Shown in pieces: positions 1-12,588 of a stretch of DNA of 64,000 nucleotides (position 1 is its first letter; every line of letters starts with the position of its first letter). The position numbers and the translations under genes are program-made. The stretch covers positions 71-64,070 of the forward strand of contig CADCWL010000247.1 of the NCBI GenBank assembly GCA_902806405.1, written 5' to 3'. The notes under the pieces were generated by a model. It ran no database searches, had not been told where the DNA came from, and worked only from the letters and a program-made list of their open reading frames with translations. This DNA comes from an uncultured Thermomicrobiales bacterium (GTDB lineage Bacteria > Chloroflexota > Chloroflexia > Thermomicrobiales > UBA6265).

Positions 1-48
1 GACGCCCGCGCCGAGGAGGAGCCGGCCAAGCCCGGCGAGATCGCTCAC
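1..48 (-). CDS. 5' end of a small membrane protein (DUF2905-like), runs off the window
   Basis: GTG at 48 preceded by AGGGGGG; reads MSDLAGLGRLLLGAGV..., resembling DUF2905 N-termini. Only 16 codons visible. Confidence 0.35.
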   Translation of the reverse strand, partial: MSDLAGLGRLLLGAGV

Positions 49-72
49 CGCGCGCCCCCCCTGCTCATCCGA

Positions 73-207
73 TCACTCCTGGATGTTGTCGTCGATGCCG
101 GTGGCAATCCCGAAAATGATCATGAAGAGGGCTGCCAGGAGGCCAACGATCACCGCCAGGGCGACGATCGTCGCCACCGCCCCGAGCAACCCTTGCAAAA
201 GATCCAC
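73..207 (-). CDS. 44-aa single-pass membrane protein, not in the ORF track
   Basis: Manual translation GTG(207)..TGA(73): MDLLQGLLGAVATIVALAVIVGLLAALFMIIFGIATGIDDNIQE. Long hydrophobic helix and acidic tail; TATACT -10-like box upstream at about 254-259. Confidence 0.6.
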   Translation of the reverse strand: MDLLQGLLGAVATIVALAVIVGLLAALFMIIFGIATGIDDNIQE

Positions 208-270
208 GGCGCACCTGCCCAGCGAGCGGCAACGGAGGCGTATTGAGGAGCCAAGTATAGCCGGAGCCGC

Positions 271-2229
271 CTAGACCGGCCCGCCAAGGTGGTCCCGAAA
301 CCAGGTCAGCGTCCGGGAGAGGAAATCGGCACGGTGCGCGGGCTGGCCGCCTCCGGTGAAGAGGTGCGAGGCGCCGGGGTAGCGGACGAATTCTGTCTCG
401 CAGCCCGCCTTCAGGAGGGCGACGAACATCTGCTCCCCCTGGCCGATCGGGCAGCGTTGGTCCGCCTCGCCGTGGAGGATCAAGGTCGGCGTCCGCACGC
501 GATGGGCGAAGCTCGACGGCGAGCGAGCCGCGTACCACCCCGCCCCCTCACGCGGCCCGGCGCCCCACTGCAGCTCGCCGAAGACGTGGCCGATGTCGCT
601 GGTGCCGTAGAACGACTCGAAGTCGAAGACGGGGGCGCCGCAGACGGCGGCCTTGAACCGCTCCGTCTGGCCGATCGTCCAGGCCGTCATGTAGCCGCCG
701 TAGCTGAAGCCGTAGATCCCGGTCCGCATCGCGTCGGCATACGGCCGCTCCAGGACGGCGTCGACGACCGCCATCAGATCGAGATAATCCTCCCCGCCCC
801 AGTCGCCGGTCACCTGCTGGGTAAAGTCCCGCCCGTACGAGCCGGAGCCGCGCGGGTTGGCGAAGACGACGAGGAAGCCGGCCGTCGCGAGCGTCTGCTG
901 CACGCCCTGCAGGCGGTGGCCGTAGAAGCCGTTCGGACCGCCGTGGACGTCGAGCACGACCGGGTAGCGCTTGGCCGGGTCGAAGCCTGGGGGCAGCAGA
1001 AGCCAGGCCTCGATCGCGTACGGCTCCCGCCGCACCTCGATCCGTTCCCACGCGGCCGGCGGCGCCTCCGCCAGGACGGCCGCGTTGTGCCCGGTGACGA
1101 CCCGGTCCTCGCCCGACCAGACGTCGACGACGGCAATCTCGCCGGTGGCGCCAAGGCTGGCGTGGGCCTGGACGGCGAAGCGGCCCGCCGAGTCGACGCT
1201 GAGACCGGCCCGGAGCGCGTCGGCGGCCTGCACCGTCGCCACCTCCCCGCTCTCGACGTCGAGCGTGAAGAGGCCGCTCCGTCCGGCGCGCACGGCGTGG
1301 AAGAGGACCCGGCGGTCGTCCAGCCAGACCGGGTGCGCCGGGGCGCTGACGGTGGCGTAGCCGACGTCCGGGGCGGAGGGGAGGTCGTCGCTGAGTCGCC
1401 GGATCGCGCCGGCGGTGACGTCGTAGACGAAGAAATCGAGCTGCCACGTCCGGCCCGGCTCGCCGACGAAGACAATCCGGTCCCCCTCCGGCGACCAGGC
1501 CCAGGCGGCGACCACCCCGTCTTCAGGGCCAACGTGCGCCACCACGCCCGTGGCCGCGTCGACGAGACCGAGCTGGGAGTGCATGCCGTTACGATTCGAC
1601 AAGCCGACGGCGATCCGGCGCCCGTCCGGCGACCACCGGGGGAATTGATGGTCCACCGGGTCGCGGGTCACCATCCGCTGCTCGAGGGAGGCGACGTCGA
1701 CGACGAAGAGCTGCGTCCGCACGTCGCCCAGATAGCCGTCAGCCCGGTTGTCCTGCTTGTAGTCGATCCGCCGCGTGGCCCGCACCCGCGGCGCCGCGTC
1801 GGCCGGGGGCGGCGTCCCCGTCGGGTTTTCCGGGTCGAACGGCGCGGTGAAGACGATGCTCCGCCCGTCTGGCGACCAGGCGAGGTCGCCGATCGGCTGC
1901 CAGGAGCGGGTCAACTCCCGCGCCTCTCCGCCATCGGCGGGCATCACGAAGAGGCCGCTCCGCTTGGCGCCGACGCGGTCGGAGACGAAGGCGATCGCGG
2001 CACCGTCCGGCGACCAGCGCGCGCCGCCGTTCTTCCCCCCGCTCCAGGTCAGCTGGCGCGCCCCATCGCCGTCGATGCCGTGCCGCCAGAGCTCGCTCCC
2101 GGCCCTCCCCGTCTCCCGATCAACGCGGCCCAGCGCGGAGAGGATGCTCGTCCCGTCCGGTGATACCGTCGGCTCCGCGGCGGCGATCAGATCGTAGACG
2201 AACGCGTCGGGGGAAAGGGAGCGGGGCAT
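271..2229 (-). CDS. S9 family peptidase (acylaminoacyl/prolyl oligopeptidase) with PD40 beta-propeller
   Basis: WSPDG repeats, HGGP, GFSYGG nucleophile elbow, HGEAD and catalytic His. Start moved to MPRSLSP (ATG 2229, AGAGGA RBS). Confidence 0.93.
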   Translation of the reverse strand: MPRSLSPDAFVYDLIAAAEPTVSPDGTSILSALGRVDRETGRAGSELWRHGIDGDGARQLTWSGGKNGGARWSPDGAAIAFVSDRVGAKRSGLFVMPADGGEARELTRSWQPIGDLAWSPDGRSIVFTAPFDPENPTGTPPPADAAPRVRATRRIDYKQDNRADGYLGDVRTQLFVVDVASLEQRMVTRDPVDHQFPRWSPDGRRIAVGLSNRNGMHSQLGLVDAATGVVAHVGPEDGVVAAWAWSPEGDRIVFVGEPGRTWQLDFFVYDVTAGAIRRLSDDLPSAPDVGYATVSAPAHPVWLDDRRVLFHAVRAGRSGLFTLDVESGEVATVQAADALRAGLSVDSAGRFAVQAHASLGATGEIAVVDVWSGEDRVVTGHNAAVLAEAPPAAWERIEVRREPYAIEAWLLLPPGFDPAKRYPVVLDVHGGPNGFYGHRLQGVQQTLATAGFLVVFANPRGSGSYGRDFTQQVTGDWGGEDYLDLMAVVDAVLERPYADAMRTGIYGFSYGGYMTAWTIGQTERFKAAVCGAPVFDFESFYGTSDIGHVFGELQWGAGPREGAGWYAARSPSSFAHRVRTPTLILHGEADQRCPIGQGEQMFVALLKAGCETEFVRYPGASHLFTGGGQPAHRADFLSRTLTWFRDHLGGPV

Positions 2230-2544
2230 CGCGGTGCTTCCTCTACGGACGGGGCGAATCGCTCGGATCGCCGAGGGTAGCGGCGAGCGCGACGCTTGGC
2301 AACCGTGGTTTTCCCCTCGCCGGACAGCGTCACCTCCCGACGACGCTCCCTGCGGCGAGCCGAGGGCCGCTCCCGCGATACCCGCCCGGGCAGGAGGGAC
2401 CGCCCCGACCGATGCACCTCCACCCTGAAGACCGGGACTGTGCGCGACGGCAGAGAACGCCACAGGGGTGCGGACGCGGAGACGTCCCCCCGTTGCACCT
2501 CTCCAAGGCACAGGGCAGCGGTCGGCGGACGGGGGGGACGGACG

Positions 2545-3327
2545 CTACCCCTCGAATCGGACGCGTGCGCCGTGCGTCGTGCTATCCGAGAGCGACCCCG
2601 TGCCCGCCCCTGCCAGGACGACCACGAACGGCCCTTCGCCGCGCACAGTGAGGTGCCGTTCCAGATTGCTCCCTGCCTCCCCGGGCGGGACCACGTCAAT
2701 CCACTGGGAGCCGACCGTGAAGCGGCGGCCCTCCAGTGCCCCCGCGGGCGTTGCTCGGGAGGCCGGACCGGGCGTGCCGAGAAGCGCGGTGAAGGCGCCG
2801 AGGCCGCGTTCGAGATCGGCGACGACGACCCCCAGACCGGCGACGCCCGTCGCTCCGTTGGCGTGGACGGCGGCCGCGCCGCCGGCGACCCGGTGTGCGC
2901 GTGAGGTCACGTCCTCGATCAGGAACGGCAAGGGGGAGTCAGCGGCGGCCGGCACCAAGTTGCGCCAGGCAATGCGCTCGCCGTCCGGCCGCGTCCGCCC
3001 CCCCTCCTCCGGCCCCGCCATCGCGATCCCCGCGGTGCCGAGTCGTGCGGCCTCCGCCGCCGCGTCGTCGGTCAGGAGCGCGAAATCGACAAGCCCCTCG
3101 CCGGTCGCAAGCTTGGCCCACCAGCGGTGCGGCTGCGGCCGATCCGGCTCCTTGAATGCGATCAGCTCGACGTAGGCGCCGTCCGCGAACGGGATCAGCG
3201 CGTTGTGCGTCGCGCCGCCGACGTGCTCCCCGCCGGGTGTCACCGTGAAGCCCGCCTGCTCGTAGTCGGCGGTCGCCGTGGCGAGATCGCGGACGGCGAT
3301 GACGACGTGGTCGATGCTCCGGATCAC
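2545..3327 (-). CDS. VOC/glyoxalase-like family protein
   Basis: IDHVVIAVRDL, PGGEH, HNALIPF, YVELIA, LPFLIED motifs; GTG start at 3327. Confidence 0.85.
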   Translation of the reverse strand: MIRSIDHVVIAVRDLATATADYEQAGFTVTPGGEHVGGATHNALIPFADGAYVELIAFKEPDRPQPHRWWAKLATGEGLVDFALLTDDAAAEAARLGTAGIAMAGPEEGGRTRPDGERIAWRNLVPAAADSPLPFLIEDVTSRAHRVAGGAAAVHANGATGVAGLGVVVADLERGLGAFTALLGTPGPASRATPAGALEGRRFTVGSQWIDVVPPGEAGSNLERHLTVRGEGPFVVVLAGAGTGSLSDSTTHGARVRFEG

Positions 3328-3515
3328 CCGCCGCTCCGTCCCTGTCCCCGGTCCAGCCCCGGTTGCCCACCTACCGCGGCCCGCGAAGTGTAGCAACGCA
3401 CCCCGTGACGGGATCGATCCGCCCCGCTTGCCGCCGCCGGGACCCCTTGCTAGCCTCCCGCTCCCGGTCGCCGACCGGCACTGCCAACCGAGCAGGAAAT
3501 AGGAGGAGGCAACCG

Positions 3516-4418
3516 GTGACCAGCACGAGCGAAGAGGTGACCACGGCGATCGAGCGTGAATTCGCGGCGTTCCCCGGAACGGCCGGCCTGGCTACCAAGA
3601 ACCTCGGCACCGGGGAGGAGATTCGCGTCAACGCCAATGCCGAGACGCCGACGGCGAGCACGATCAAGGTTCCGATCCTGATCGCCCTCCTCCGCCGCGT
3701 CGAACGGACCGAGCTCTCTCTCGACGACCGCCTTGCCGTTGACGAGGCAACGCGGGCTCCCGGCTCCGGCATCCTCCGCGAGCTCTCCCTCGGCGTCGAA
3801 TTGAGCGTCCGGGACCTCGCCACCTTAATGATCGTTGTCAGCGACAACACGGCGACGAACATGCTGATCGACCTCGTCGGCCTGGAGCGGGTCAACGAGA
3901 CGATGCTTGAGTTCGGCTTCACCCGGACCCGGCTGGTCCAGCGCCTCGACTTCCCAAAGATCGGCAAAGACGCGCGTAACCTCGCGGTCACCACACCGGC
4001 CGAGCTCGCCGGCATCATGGAGGCGCTGGCGACGGGCCAGATACTGAGTGAGGGAAGCCGGGAGACGATCCTGGAGATCATGCATCGGCAGCACCTGCTG
4101 GGCCTCGTGCCCCGCTATCTGCCCCATAACCCCTACGCCGCCGAGATGGACGAGCCGGACAACGGCCTCCGGATCGCCAATAAGACGGGCGGCTGGACCG
4201 GCATGCGCGCCGATATGGCCCTCGTCGAGTGGCCCGGCGTCCGCTACGTGATCGGCGTCGTCACCGAAGGCGACCCCGACACCCGGTTCTGGACCGAGAA
4301 CGCCGGCGACCGTTTGATCGGCCGCGTCTCCCGCCTCGTCTTCGACCACTTCGGTGGCGGCTCCCTTCCTTCGAGCGGGGAGACGCCGAGCGAGGCGCAG
4401 CTCGAAGCGGGCAACTGA
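3516..4418 (+). CDS. Serine hydrolase, class A beta-lactamase-related (no signal peptide)
   Basis: STIK (SxxK), SDN and KTG motifs; strong AGGAGGAGG RBS before GTG 3516. Confidence 0.88.
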   Translation: MTSTSEEVTTAIEREFAAFPGTAGLATKNLGTGEEIRVNANAETPTASTIKVPILIALLRRVERTELSLDDRLAVDEATRAPGSGILRELSLGVELSVRDLATLMIVVSDNTATNMLIDLVGLERVNETMLEFGFTRTRLVQRLDFPKIGKDARNLAVTTPAELAGIMEALATGQILSEGSRETILEIMHRQHLLGLVPRYLPHNPYAAEMDEPDNGLRIANKTGGWTGMRADMALVEWPGVRYVIGVVTEGDPDTRFWTENAGDRLIGRVSRLVFDHFGGGSLPSSGETPSEAQLEAGN

Positions 4419-4787
4419 GGTTGGCCGGTCCGCATCACCACCGAGGGCTACCCGCCCGTCTCCATAGTTGATCCGCTCGCATCGTCGATCGCCGGGGCAA
4501 GGGCGGGGGTCCTCGTCTCCCTCGCCGCGACCCGTCGGTCGAATAGTAAGCACCGGAGGTCAGAGACAGGCGGTCACGCCACCAGACGGGCGAAACCACC
4601 GAACTCGGGAGCATTCGACCGAATGCACGCCTCCCCGACCAACGGAATGCCCGGCGCACTAGGCAGCGAGTCCAGTTGTGATGGGTCGAGTCCAGAGGCT
4701 TCGGTCCCCTGGCGGCGGCGACCCGATGTGCCGGTGCCGAGCGCTCAACGAAAACGGAGCATGGGTCGTCGAGTCGGCCGATCCATG

Positions 4788-4816
4788 TTGACGCCCCTCC
4801 CAAGGGGTGATATACG
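4788..4816 (+). promoter_or_regulatory. Putative sigma-70 promoter of the ABC operon, with an inverted repeat in the spacer
   Basis: TTGACG-17 nt-TATACG; spacer contains CGCCCCT-ccca-AGGGGTG. Confidence 0.5.
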
Positions 4817-5041
4817 GAGCACCACCCCTCGCGCGACGTGCAATCGACGCACGACCGCGATTCCACGTCGAGCCCACCTAACGAGGTTGACGTGACCCCG
4901 GCGGGCACGGGTGTCAGAGACGTTATCCCACTCCCGTCCGCGCCGAGCGTGAATCCGAAAGCGAAGGAGGTTGACCGTCCAGGTGCCGCGATTCCATCGC
5001 CCGACACCCGCGTCCCGGCAGGTACGAAAGGGAGACGACGG

Positions 5042-6655
5042 ATGACCAGTCTTCGACTCTTCCGCAGTTTCGTGCTCATTGTCTCGATCGCGCTCCTCAT
5101 CGGCACGCCGGCCATCCTCGTCTCGGCCGCGCCACATACGGGCCGACTCCAGGAGGCAGGTGAGCCGACCCCCGGCGGCACCCTCCGCATGGCCATCAGC
5201 GAGGAGCCGGACCAGCTCGACCCGGCGCGCACCATCGAACTACTCGCCGGGCAGCTGATGGGCAACGTGCTCGACGCGCTCGTCTACATCGGCGACGACG
5301 GCCTTCCGCACGGCTGGGTGGCCGAGTCGTGGCAAATTGCCCCGGACGGAAAGGTCATCACCTTCAAGATTCGGCCCGGGATCAAGTTCCACGACGGTAC
5401 CCCACTCGACGCCGCGGCGGTCAAGTTCGGGTACGACCGCATCCTCGACCCGGCGATGGCAGCGCCCTACAAGGAATTCCTGGGCACCCTGCAGAAGGTT
5501 GACGCCCCGGATCCGGCGACGGTCGCCTTCACCTTCAGCGAGCCCTACGCCGCCTTCTTCGTCAACGGCGCCACAATCGGCATCGTCTCCCCCGCCGGCG
5601 TCGCCCAGTTCGGCGACGACTTCGGGCACAACCCGATCGGCTCCGGCCCCTTCAAGTTCCGAGAGTGGCAGGCCGGCTCCAAGATCGTCTTCGAGCGCAA
5701 CCCCGATTACGTCAACTTCCGCGAGGACGATACAAACAAGGGCCCGGCCTACGTCGAAGCCCTCGAGTACAACGTGATCCCCGAGGCGGCGACCCAGACC
5801 GCGGCCTTCGAAGCGGGCGAACTCGACCTGCTTGACGTCCCCCGCGAGGACCTCGCCCGCCTCTCGGAGGACCCGGACGTCGAGATCGTCACGCTCGAAA
5901 AGTCGAATAACCTTAACTTCATCGAGTTCGCGAACCGTCCGCCGTTCAACAACCCGAGCTTCCGCAAGGCAGTTTCCTACTCTATCGACCGCCAGGCGAT
6001 CATCGACCTTGCCTACGTCGGTAACGCCACGGTCAACCAGTGCCCGGTGCCGATCAACAACGCCGCCTACGACGAGGCGCTCTGCGCCGAGCACGGCTAC
6101 ACATTCGATCAGGAGAAGGCGAAGCAGATGCTCGCCGAGGCCGGCTGGACCGACGGCGACGGTAACGGCATCGTCGAGATGGAAGGCAAGGACCTCCAGG
6201 TCACCCTCTGGAGTTATGCCCCCTACCCGACCCAGTCAAAGACGATCGAGATCATGCAAGCGGACCTGAACGAGGTCGGGATCGGCACCGATATTCAGGT
6301 AATCGAGTTTGGCGCCATGCAACCGATGCTCGAGAGCGGCGAGATCGGCTTCGACTACATGCGCTGGACCTTCTCCGACCAGTCGATCCTTACCCAGCTG
6401 TTCAAGACCCCCGGCTGGACCAAGCAGACGAGCGACCCCGCGCTGGATGCACTGCTCGTCAAGGCCGACACCACCGTCGACCCCGTTGCCCGGCTCGAGG
6501 CCTCCCGCGCGGCGATGGTCTATGTCCTCGACAACGCGATGATTGCGCCCGTGATCAGCGACTGGATCCAAACGGCCACCGGCCAACAGGTCCACAACTA
6601 CCACTGGGACGCCCTCGTCAACGAGCGCCTGAACGACGTCTGGCTCACCTCCTAG
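5042..6655 (+). CDS. Peptide/nickel ABC transporter substrate-binding protein (SBP family 5)
   Basis: Signal peptide, GGTLRMA, LDP, LAESW-like and FHDGTP motifs, GSGPFK; ATG 5042 with AAAGGGAG RBS. Confidence 0.93.
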   Translation: MTSLRLFRSFVLIVSIALLIGTPAILVSAAPHTGRLQEAGEPTPGGTLRMAISEEPDQLDPARTIELLAGQLMGNVLDALVYIGDDGLPHGWVAESWQIAPDGKVITFKIRPGIKFHDGTPLDAAAVKFGYDRILDPAMAAPYKEFLGTLQKVDAPDPATVAFTFSEPYAAFFVNGATIGIVSPAGVAQFGDDFGHNPIGSGPFKFREWQAGSKIVFERNPDYVNFREDDTNKGPAYVEALEYNVIPEAATQTAAFEAGELDLLDVPREDLARLSEDPDVEIVTLEKSNNLNFIEFANRPPFNNPSFRKAVSYSIDRQAIIDLAYVGNATVNQCPVPINNAAYDEALCAEHGYTFDQEKAKQMLAEAGWTDGDGNGIVEMEGKDLQVTLWSYAPYPTQSKTIEIMQADLNEVGIGTDIQVIEFGAMQPMLESGEIGFDYMRWTFSDQSILTQLFKTPGWTKQTSDPALDALLVKADTTVDPVARLEASRAAMVYVLDNAMIAPVISDWIQTATGQQVHNYHWDALVNERLNDVWLTS

Positions 6656-6745
6656 TCCTCGGGCGGCGGCGGTCGGGTGTCCGGCCGGCGCCGCCCGCCC
6701 CGTCCCCGGTCGCGCTCCGGGTCGCGCTCCAAGAGAGGTGAAGCC

Positions 6746-7669
6746 GTGGCCGGTTACGCGCTCCGCCGCGTCGCGACGACCATCCCGGTCCTGTTCGCGA
6801 TCCTGACGTTGGTCTTCCTGATGCGCCCGCTCGTCCCGGGCGACCCGGTCGCGATCATGTTCTTCGGGCGCTCCTCCAGCCCGGAGGTCGTCGCCAACAT
6901 GCGTCACCAGCTCGGGCTGGACGACCCCTTGCCGATCCAGTACGTCCGGTACCTGGGCGACGTCCTGCGCGGCGACCTGGGCACCAGCATCACCACCCGT
7001 CAGCCGGTCGTCCAGGAGATCGCCGAGCGCTTTCCGGCGACCCTCCAGCTCGCCCTCGGCAGCCTCGCGGTCTCCTGCCTCGTCGGGCTCGTCGCGGGGA
7101 TCCTGGCGGCGGTCTACAAGGACACGGCGATCGATACGGCGGCGATGGTCTTCGCAATGGCAGGGCTCTCGATGCCCGGCTTCTGGTTCGGCCTGGTCAT
7201 GATCTACTTTTTCTCCGTGCGCCTCGGCTGGTTCTCGGTCATCCCGGACGGGTCCCTCAAGTCGCTCGTGCTCCCGGCGCTGACGCTCGGCCTGATCGCC
7301 TCGTCGGTCGTCGCCCGCCTCGTCCGCTCGGCCATGCTGGAGGTGCTCGGCCAGGACTTCATCCGGACGGCCCGCGCCAAGGGCCTGCGGGAACGGCGGG
7401 TCCTGCTGCGGCACGCGCTCGGCAACGCGATGATCCCCGTAGTCACGATCATCGGCCTCCAGTTCGGCGGCCTCCTGAGCGGCGCGTTCATCATCGAAGC
7501 GGTCTTTGCTTGGCACGGCATCGGAGAACTCGCGGTCGATGCCCTCGGCAAGCGGGACTTCCCCCTGATCCAGGGGATCGTCCTGGTGATCGCGACCTCC
7601 TACGTCCTCGTCAATCTGCTGGTCGACCTCCTCTACGCGGTGCTCGACCCGCGGATCACTTACTCGTGA
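6746..7669 (+). CDS. Peptide ABC transporter permease (DppB/OppB-like)
   Basis: PGDP, GDLGTS, TARAKGL (EAA loop) motifs; GTG 6746. Confidence 0.93.
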   Translation: MAGYALRRVATTIPVLFAILTLVFLMRPLVPGDPVAIMFFGRSSSPEVVANMRHQLGLDDPLPIQYVRYLGDVLRGDLGTSITTRQPVVQEIAERFPATLQLALGSLAVSCLVGLVAGILAAVYKDTAIDTAAMVFAMAGLSMPGFWFGLVMIYFFSVRLGWFSVIPDGSLKSLVLPALTLGLIASSVVARLVRSAMLEVLGQDFIRTARAKGLRERRVLLRHALGNAMIPVVTIIGLQFGGLLSGAFIIEAVFAWHGIGELAVDALGKRDFPLIQGIVLVIATSYVLVNLLVDLLYAVLDPRITYS

Positions 7670-8559
7670 GCGCGGCGCTCACCGCCCCGGCCCTCCTGCC
7701 CGCGCGGGCGAAGACCCGAACCGGGTTTCGCCCCTTCCTCGCCGCCCTCTTTTCGCGGCGCCAGGCGCAACTTGGAGGCGCCGTCGTCCTGGTCCTGGTC
7801 CTGGCGGCGATCTTCGCCCCGCTGATCAGCCCCTACGACCCGTTCGAGCTGCGCGTCGGCCCCCTCAAGGAGCCGCCGACCCGTGCCCATCCCTTCGGCA
7901 CCGACGACCTCGGCCGCGACCTCTTCAGCCGGATCGTCTACGGATCGCGGATCACCCTCCAGATTGGGACGATTAGCGTCGCCGTCGCGGTCGGTCTTGG
8001 CGTCCTGGTCGGGATCGTCGCCGGTTTCTACGGCGGCTGGGTTGACGCCCTGCTGATGCGCTTCACCGACGTGATGCTCGCCTTCCCGGGCTTCCTCCTG
8101 GCGCTGGCCATCGTGGCGATCCTGGGGCCGGGCCTGAACAACGTGATGATCGCGGTCGGGCTCGGCTCCTTCCCCGGCTTTGCGCGGGTCGTCCGCGGTT
8201 CGGTACTGACGGTCCGCGAGATGGAATACGTCACGGCCGGGCGCGTCCTCGGCGCCACGCCGCCGCACATCATGCGGCGCGCGATCCTGCCGAACGTTCT
8301 CGCGCCGATCATCGTCCTCGCCTCGCTCGAGTTCCCCGCCGCGGTGCTCACGGCGGCCGCCCTTTCCTTTATTGGTCTCGGCGCCCAGCCGCCCTCTCCT
8401 GAGTGGGGAGCCCTCCTGGTCGACGCCCGAACCTACATCCGCACCGCGCCCCACCTGATCAATGTGCCAGGGGCGGCCATCTTCGTCGTCGTGCTCGCCT
8501 TCAACCTGCTCGGCAATACCCTCCGTGACGTGCTCGATCCCCGACTTCGACATAGGTAA
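7666..8559 (+). CDS. Peptide ABC transporter permease (DppC/OppC-like)
   Basis: HPFGTDDLGRD, LSFIGLG, PEWG, LRDVLDPR; GTGA overlap with the upstream stop. Confidence 0.93.
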   Translation: MSAALTAPALLPARAKTRTGFRPFLAALFSRRQAQLGGAVVLVLVLAAIFAPLISPYDPFELRVGPLKEPPTRAHPFGTDDLGRDLFSRIVYGSRITLQIGTISVAVAVGLGVLVGIVAGFYGGWVDALLMRFTDVMLAFPGFLLALAIVAILGPGLNNVMIAVGLGSFPGFARVVRGSVLTVREMEYVTAGRVLGATPPHIMRRAILPNVLAPIIVLASLEFPAAVLTAAALSFIGLGAQPPSPEWGALLVDARTYIRTAPHLINVPGAAIFVVVLAFNLLGNTLRDVLDPRLRHR

Positions 8560-8600
8560 CGGTCCCGGCGATAGGTGCACCGGCCGGGGCGATCGGGGAA

Positions 8601-8637
8601 GCGAAGCGGCGGCACCTGCGAGGTGCCGCCGCTTCGC
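8601..8637. terminator. Perfect 17-bp hairpin between convergent genes (likely bidirectional terminator)
   Basis: GCGAAGCGGCGGCACCT-gcg-AGGTGCCGCCGCTTCGC; no clear U-tract. Confidence 0.65.
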
Positions 8638-8676
8638 CGCTTCGGACGTTCCCTGAGCCCGGTGGAGCGGCTCCCG

Positions 8677-11286
<2,610 letters not shown>

Positions 11287-11349
11287 CTCGCGTTCCTCCC
11301 CTTCTCCAAAGGGATATGTTGTGGGAAGTCTTGCTTCTGCTGTCGCCGG

Positions 11350-11745
11350 TTAGCGCTCTCGACGCGCCGCGCTACTTGGCTCCTCGATGAAGCCGAGCAT
11401 TGCCAGGACGCCGTCCAGCTCCCGTGCTAGCGCCTGGCCGCTCTCGGCGCCGTTCTGCCCCGCCGTCGCCGGTTCGGCCACCGCCGCCCGCAGTTCGCGC
11501 AGACGCCGCGTGAGCTCCAGGGCGAGTTGGACGCCCGCCAGGTTCAGTCCGCGCTGCTCGACCAGGTACTTCACCTGCCGCAGGCGCTCGATGTCCCGGT
11601 CGGAATAGAGCCGGAGGTTGCCGGACGTCCGCGACGGAGCGATCAGTCCCTCCCGCTCGTACTTCCGCAGCGTCTGCGGGTGCATTTCGAGCAAGCGCGC
11701 CGCGACGCTGATCACGAAGAGCGGCTCGCCGTAGCGTGTAGCCAT
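11350..11745 (-). CDS. hspR: Heat-shock repressor HspR (MerR family)
   Basis: FVISVAARLLEMHPQTLRKYEREGLIAPSRT..RLYS..GLNLAGV signature; directly upstream of clpB. Confidence 0.88.
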   Translation of the reverse strand: MATRYGEPLFVISVAARLLEMHPQTLRKYEREGLIAPSRTSGNLRLYSDRDIERLRQVKYLVEQRGLNLAGVQLALELTRRLRELRAAVAEPATAGQNGAESGQALARELDGVLAMLGFIEEPSSAARRER

Positions 11746-11773
11746 CGTTCGTCTCTCCCTCTTGCGCAGACGG

Positions 11774-11803
11774 AGTATAAACATTGATATGAATCATGTC
11801 AAC
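11774..11803 (-). promoter_or_regulatory. Sigma-70 promoter of hspR-clpB overlapped by a HAIR-like operator
   Basis: Minus strand TTGACA-17-TATACT; overlapping GTTGACA-N7-TATCAAT has the TTGA-N11-TCAA geometry of HAIR (CTTGAGT-N7-ACTCAAG). Confidence 0.8.
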
Positions 11804-12039
11804 TTCGAAGCTCCGATGCCAAGGACGAGGACCGCGATACCGACCGACGTCGACCGCGGTCCGTCTACCATCGATCCGGAAGCCAGGGTGACGGTCTGCG
11901 GTCGGTGAAATCCAACGCCGAAGGTGCCGGGCTGGATATCGTCGCCACGGCCCATGGCGTCCCCGTTCTCCTCCCCGGCCGTGCCCACGCCCCGACAACC
12001 TCCCGCCGGGGCGGCGTCGACGGGACGAGGCCGGTTAAG

Positions 12040-12375
12040 ATGCGGGTGCTGATTGAAGGCAACGACCAACTCCTGCCTACGCGCGACGATGCCTGCGTGC
12101 CAATCTCGGGCCCGCTCCGGCTCGACCGTGAGCAGGTTCGGGCCGCGATCGGCCGTGCTTGCCCCCACCTCGGCCGCGACTGGGTGGCCTCGTCGTTCAA
12201 CCGGGAGGCGCTCAGAGGCTTGTCTCACCGGGACTCGGACGTGCCGCTTCGGACGATGGCGGTCGGCACCGACGGCGCGCTCGTCGCTGCGGCCCGCCAG
12301 CTCGGCGCATCGACAGTCGCCCTCGCCCCGCCACTGCCCGGAAACGTTTCTCTCCCCCAATGGGGCGGATGGTGA
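12040..12375 (+). CDS. Hypothetical protein
   Basis: Open frame MRVLIEGNDQ...QWGGW filling the gap before hsp20; no recognisable motif and no clear RBS. Confidence 0.3.
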   Translation: MRVLIEGNDQLLPTRDDACVPISGPLRLDREQVRAAIGRACPHLGRDWVASSFNREALRGLSHRDSDVPLRTMAVGTDGALVAAARQLGASTVALAPPLPGNVSLPQWGGW

Positions 12376-12489
12376 ACGAGGCAGCGGCGCGGCGGGCTCG
12401 GCCCCGGACGGTGCCGTGCTCGGGACCGACAACCCTGCGGCCGTCCCCACGGCAGTCGATGGCCGACCGTTCCACACGGCGCATCCGGC

Positions 12490-12505
12490 TGGACCGCGAT
12501 TTGCG
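12490..12505 (+). promoter_or_regulatory. Possible sigma-54 promoter for hsp20
   Basis: TGGACCGCGATTTGCG: GG-N10-GC with TTGC, but a degenerate -24 element. Confidence 0.4.
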
Positions 12506-12588
12506 TACCCCGCGGCGTGTCCGTCACTCGGTACCGGCGGCACCGTCCCCGTCGCACCGGATGCCCACGGCAAGAAGGAGTGCCCGCG

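Noticed and set aside
2464-2502. Imperfect hairpin AGGGGTGC...GCACCTCT as a REP element or riboswitch
   Set aside because: Single degenerate copy with no recognisable aptamer; could be a terminator or chance.
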